Source: Candidatus Woesearchaeota archaeon
GTDB lineage: Archaea > Nanobdellota > Nanobdellia > UBA10117
Assembly: GCA_964354105.1 (NCBI GenBank)
Contig: CAYGXM010000003.1
Span: 789 to 64,788 of the forward strand
Reading direction: 5' to 3'
Length of the DNA: 64,000 bases
Both the position numbers and the translations under genes were made by a program. Position 1 is the stretch's first letter, and each line of letters opens with the position of its first letter. The notes beneath the pieces were generated by a model that saw nothing but the letters and a program-made list of their open reading frames with translations, had not been told where the DNA came from and did no database searches. This document shows positions 63,371-64,000 of the stretch, piece after piece.

Positions 63371-64000
63371 AACAGCTTGAAGCAATGAAGGCTGTTTATA
63401 CTTACTTTTTCCCTGAAGTAAGGTCACTAGTGCACTTCGGAGAAAAAATTCCTGATGAACTATACTTAACTTCAACTTCAGCAGAAACGGCACAATGCGC
63501 GCTTGATGGAATGTTCAAAAGTAGATTTGAAGTTCCCGCTACTTTAGAAGGCAAAGTTGATTTGGATAGCATACACATACCAATTATCGACAAAATAGTT
63601 GAAGCTTACGCAGAACATGCGTATGCACTAAGAGATTTTCCAAACAGATATCCTATGGCAGGCTCCAGCCAAGGCATTTTCCACTTGCTAGCCGAGTTAA
63701 AGGCAAAAGGGACAAATGAAATTTATGTTCTGAAAGGGGAATATGAAGGATATGCTGAATACGGAAAGACACTAGGAATAAATACACACGAAATTCCTCC
63801 GGAAGAAATTGAAAATGTTAAGCCAGGCACATGGTTTATATCGAATCCATCTGCCAGGGATGGAAATATAATCCCAAATGAATTTATAACTAAACTTTGT
63901 GAAAACGGACATAAAATTATATTAGACTTAGCTTATGTCGGCTCAACAAAACCATATGAATTTGATATCAGCAACGAAAATATTCCTGCAGTGCTGCTGT
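63367..64000 (+). CDS. PLP-dependent aminotransferase-fold protein (5' part; runs off the window end)
   Basis: Hand-translated, this frame is open to the window end. The ATG overlaps the upstream stop (ATGA). FISNPSARDGNIIP (compare NPxNPTG) and IILDLAYVG fit fold type I aminotransferase-like enzymes. It is absent from the ORF track because no stop lies within the window. Confidence 0.55.
   Translation, partial: MKQLEAMKAVYTYFFPEVRSLVHFGEKIPDELYLTSTSAETAQCALDGMFKSRFEVPATLEGKVDLDSIHIPIIDKIVEAYAEHAYALRDFPNRYPMAGSSQGIFHLLAELKAKGTNEIYVLKGEYEGYAEYGKTLGINTHEIPPEEIENVKPGTWFISNPSARDGNIIPNEFITKLCENGHKIILDLAYVGSTKPYEFDISNENIPAVLL

Overview
Archaeal chromosomal fragment. The assignment rests on gene content: split rpoB (B''/B'), rpoA'/A'', rpoH, TFB, ribosomal proteins eL30/eS6/eS8/eL37, an Sm-like protein and BHB-type tRNA introns. 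Many orphan genes, very tight gene spacing, a class II LysRS and NAD salvage genes suggest a small-genome DPANN-like lineage, but that is only a guess. Contents: (1) Eight tRNA genes. Six are interrupted, by 10 predicted introns in total. Ala and Met have one each. Thr, Pro, Tyr and Asp have two each, including non-canonical sites 28/29, 29/30 and 59/60 and a 123-nt T-loop intron. A free-standing LAGLIDADG endonuclease gene sits between tRNA-Tyr and tRNA-Asp. (2) The conserved cluster rpoH-rpoB''-rpoB'-rpoA'-rpoA''-rpl30e-[orphan gene where nusA is expected]-rps12-rps7, followed by rps6e and dtdA. (3) Housekeeping genes: taw1, trm1, tfb, rps8e, Sm, rpl37e, lysS (class II), aspS, a PurF-like protein without the catalytic Cys, an IscU-like scaffold, Nudix and HD hydrolases, and pncB-pncA-nadE. 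(4) A tRNA-bracketed accessory block (about 2.9-14.5 kb). It holds an MCM-family ATPase lacking a recognisable N-terminal domain and a tightly coupled five-gene operon (13693 to 4712, minus strand). That operon encodes a MoxR-type AAA+ ATPase, an orphan protein, an HExxH+vWA protein and two Hsp90/GHKL-type ATPases, the larger carrying a glycine-zipper hydrophobic segment. I consider this operon the best candidate for an undescribed system. (5) Several orphan operons, a large surface-anchored metalloprotease, and a recurrent BRE/TATA-like motif (AAAGCTTTTAA-like) about 27 nt upstream of tRNA 5' ends and of many start codons, which implies leaderless mRNAs. No rRNA, CRISPR array, transposase or integrase was recognised. 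All calls come from reading the sequence and the ORF track; no database search was run.
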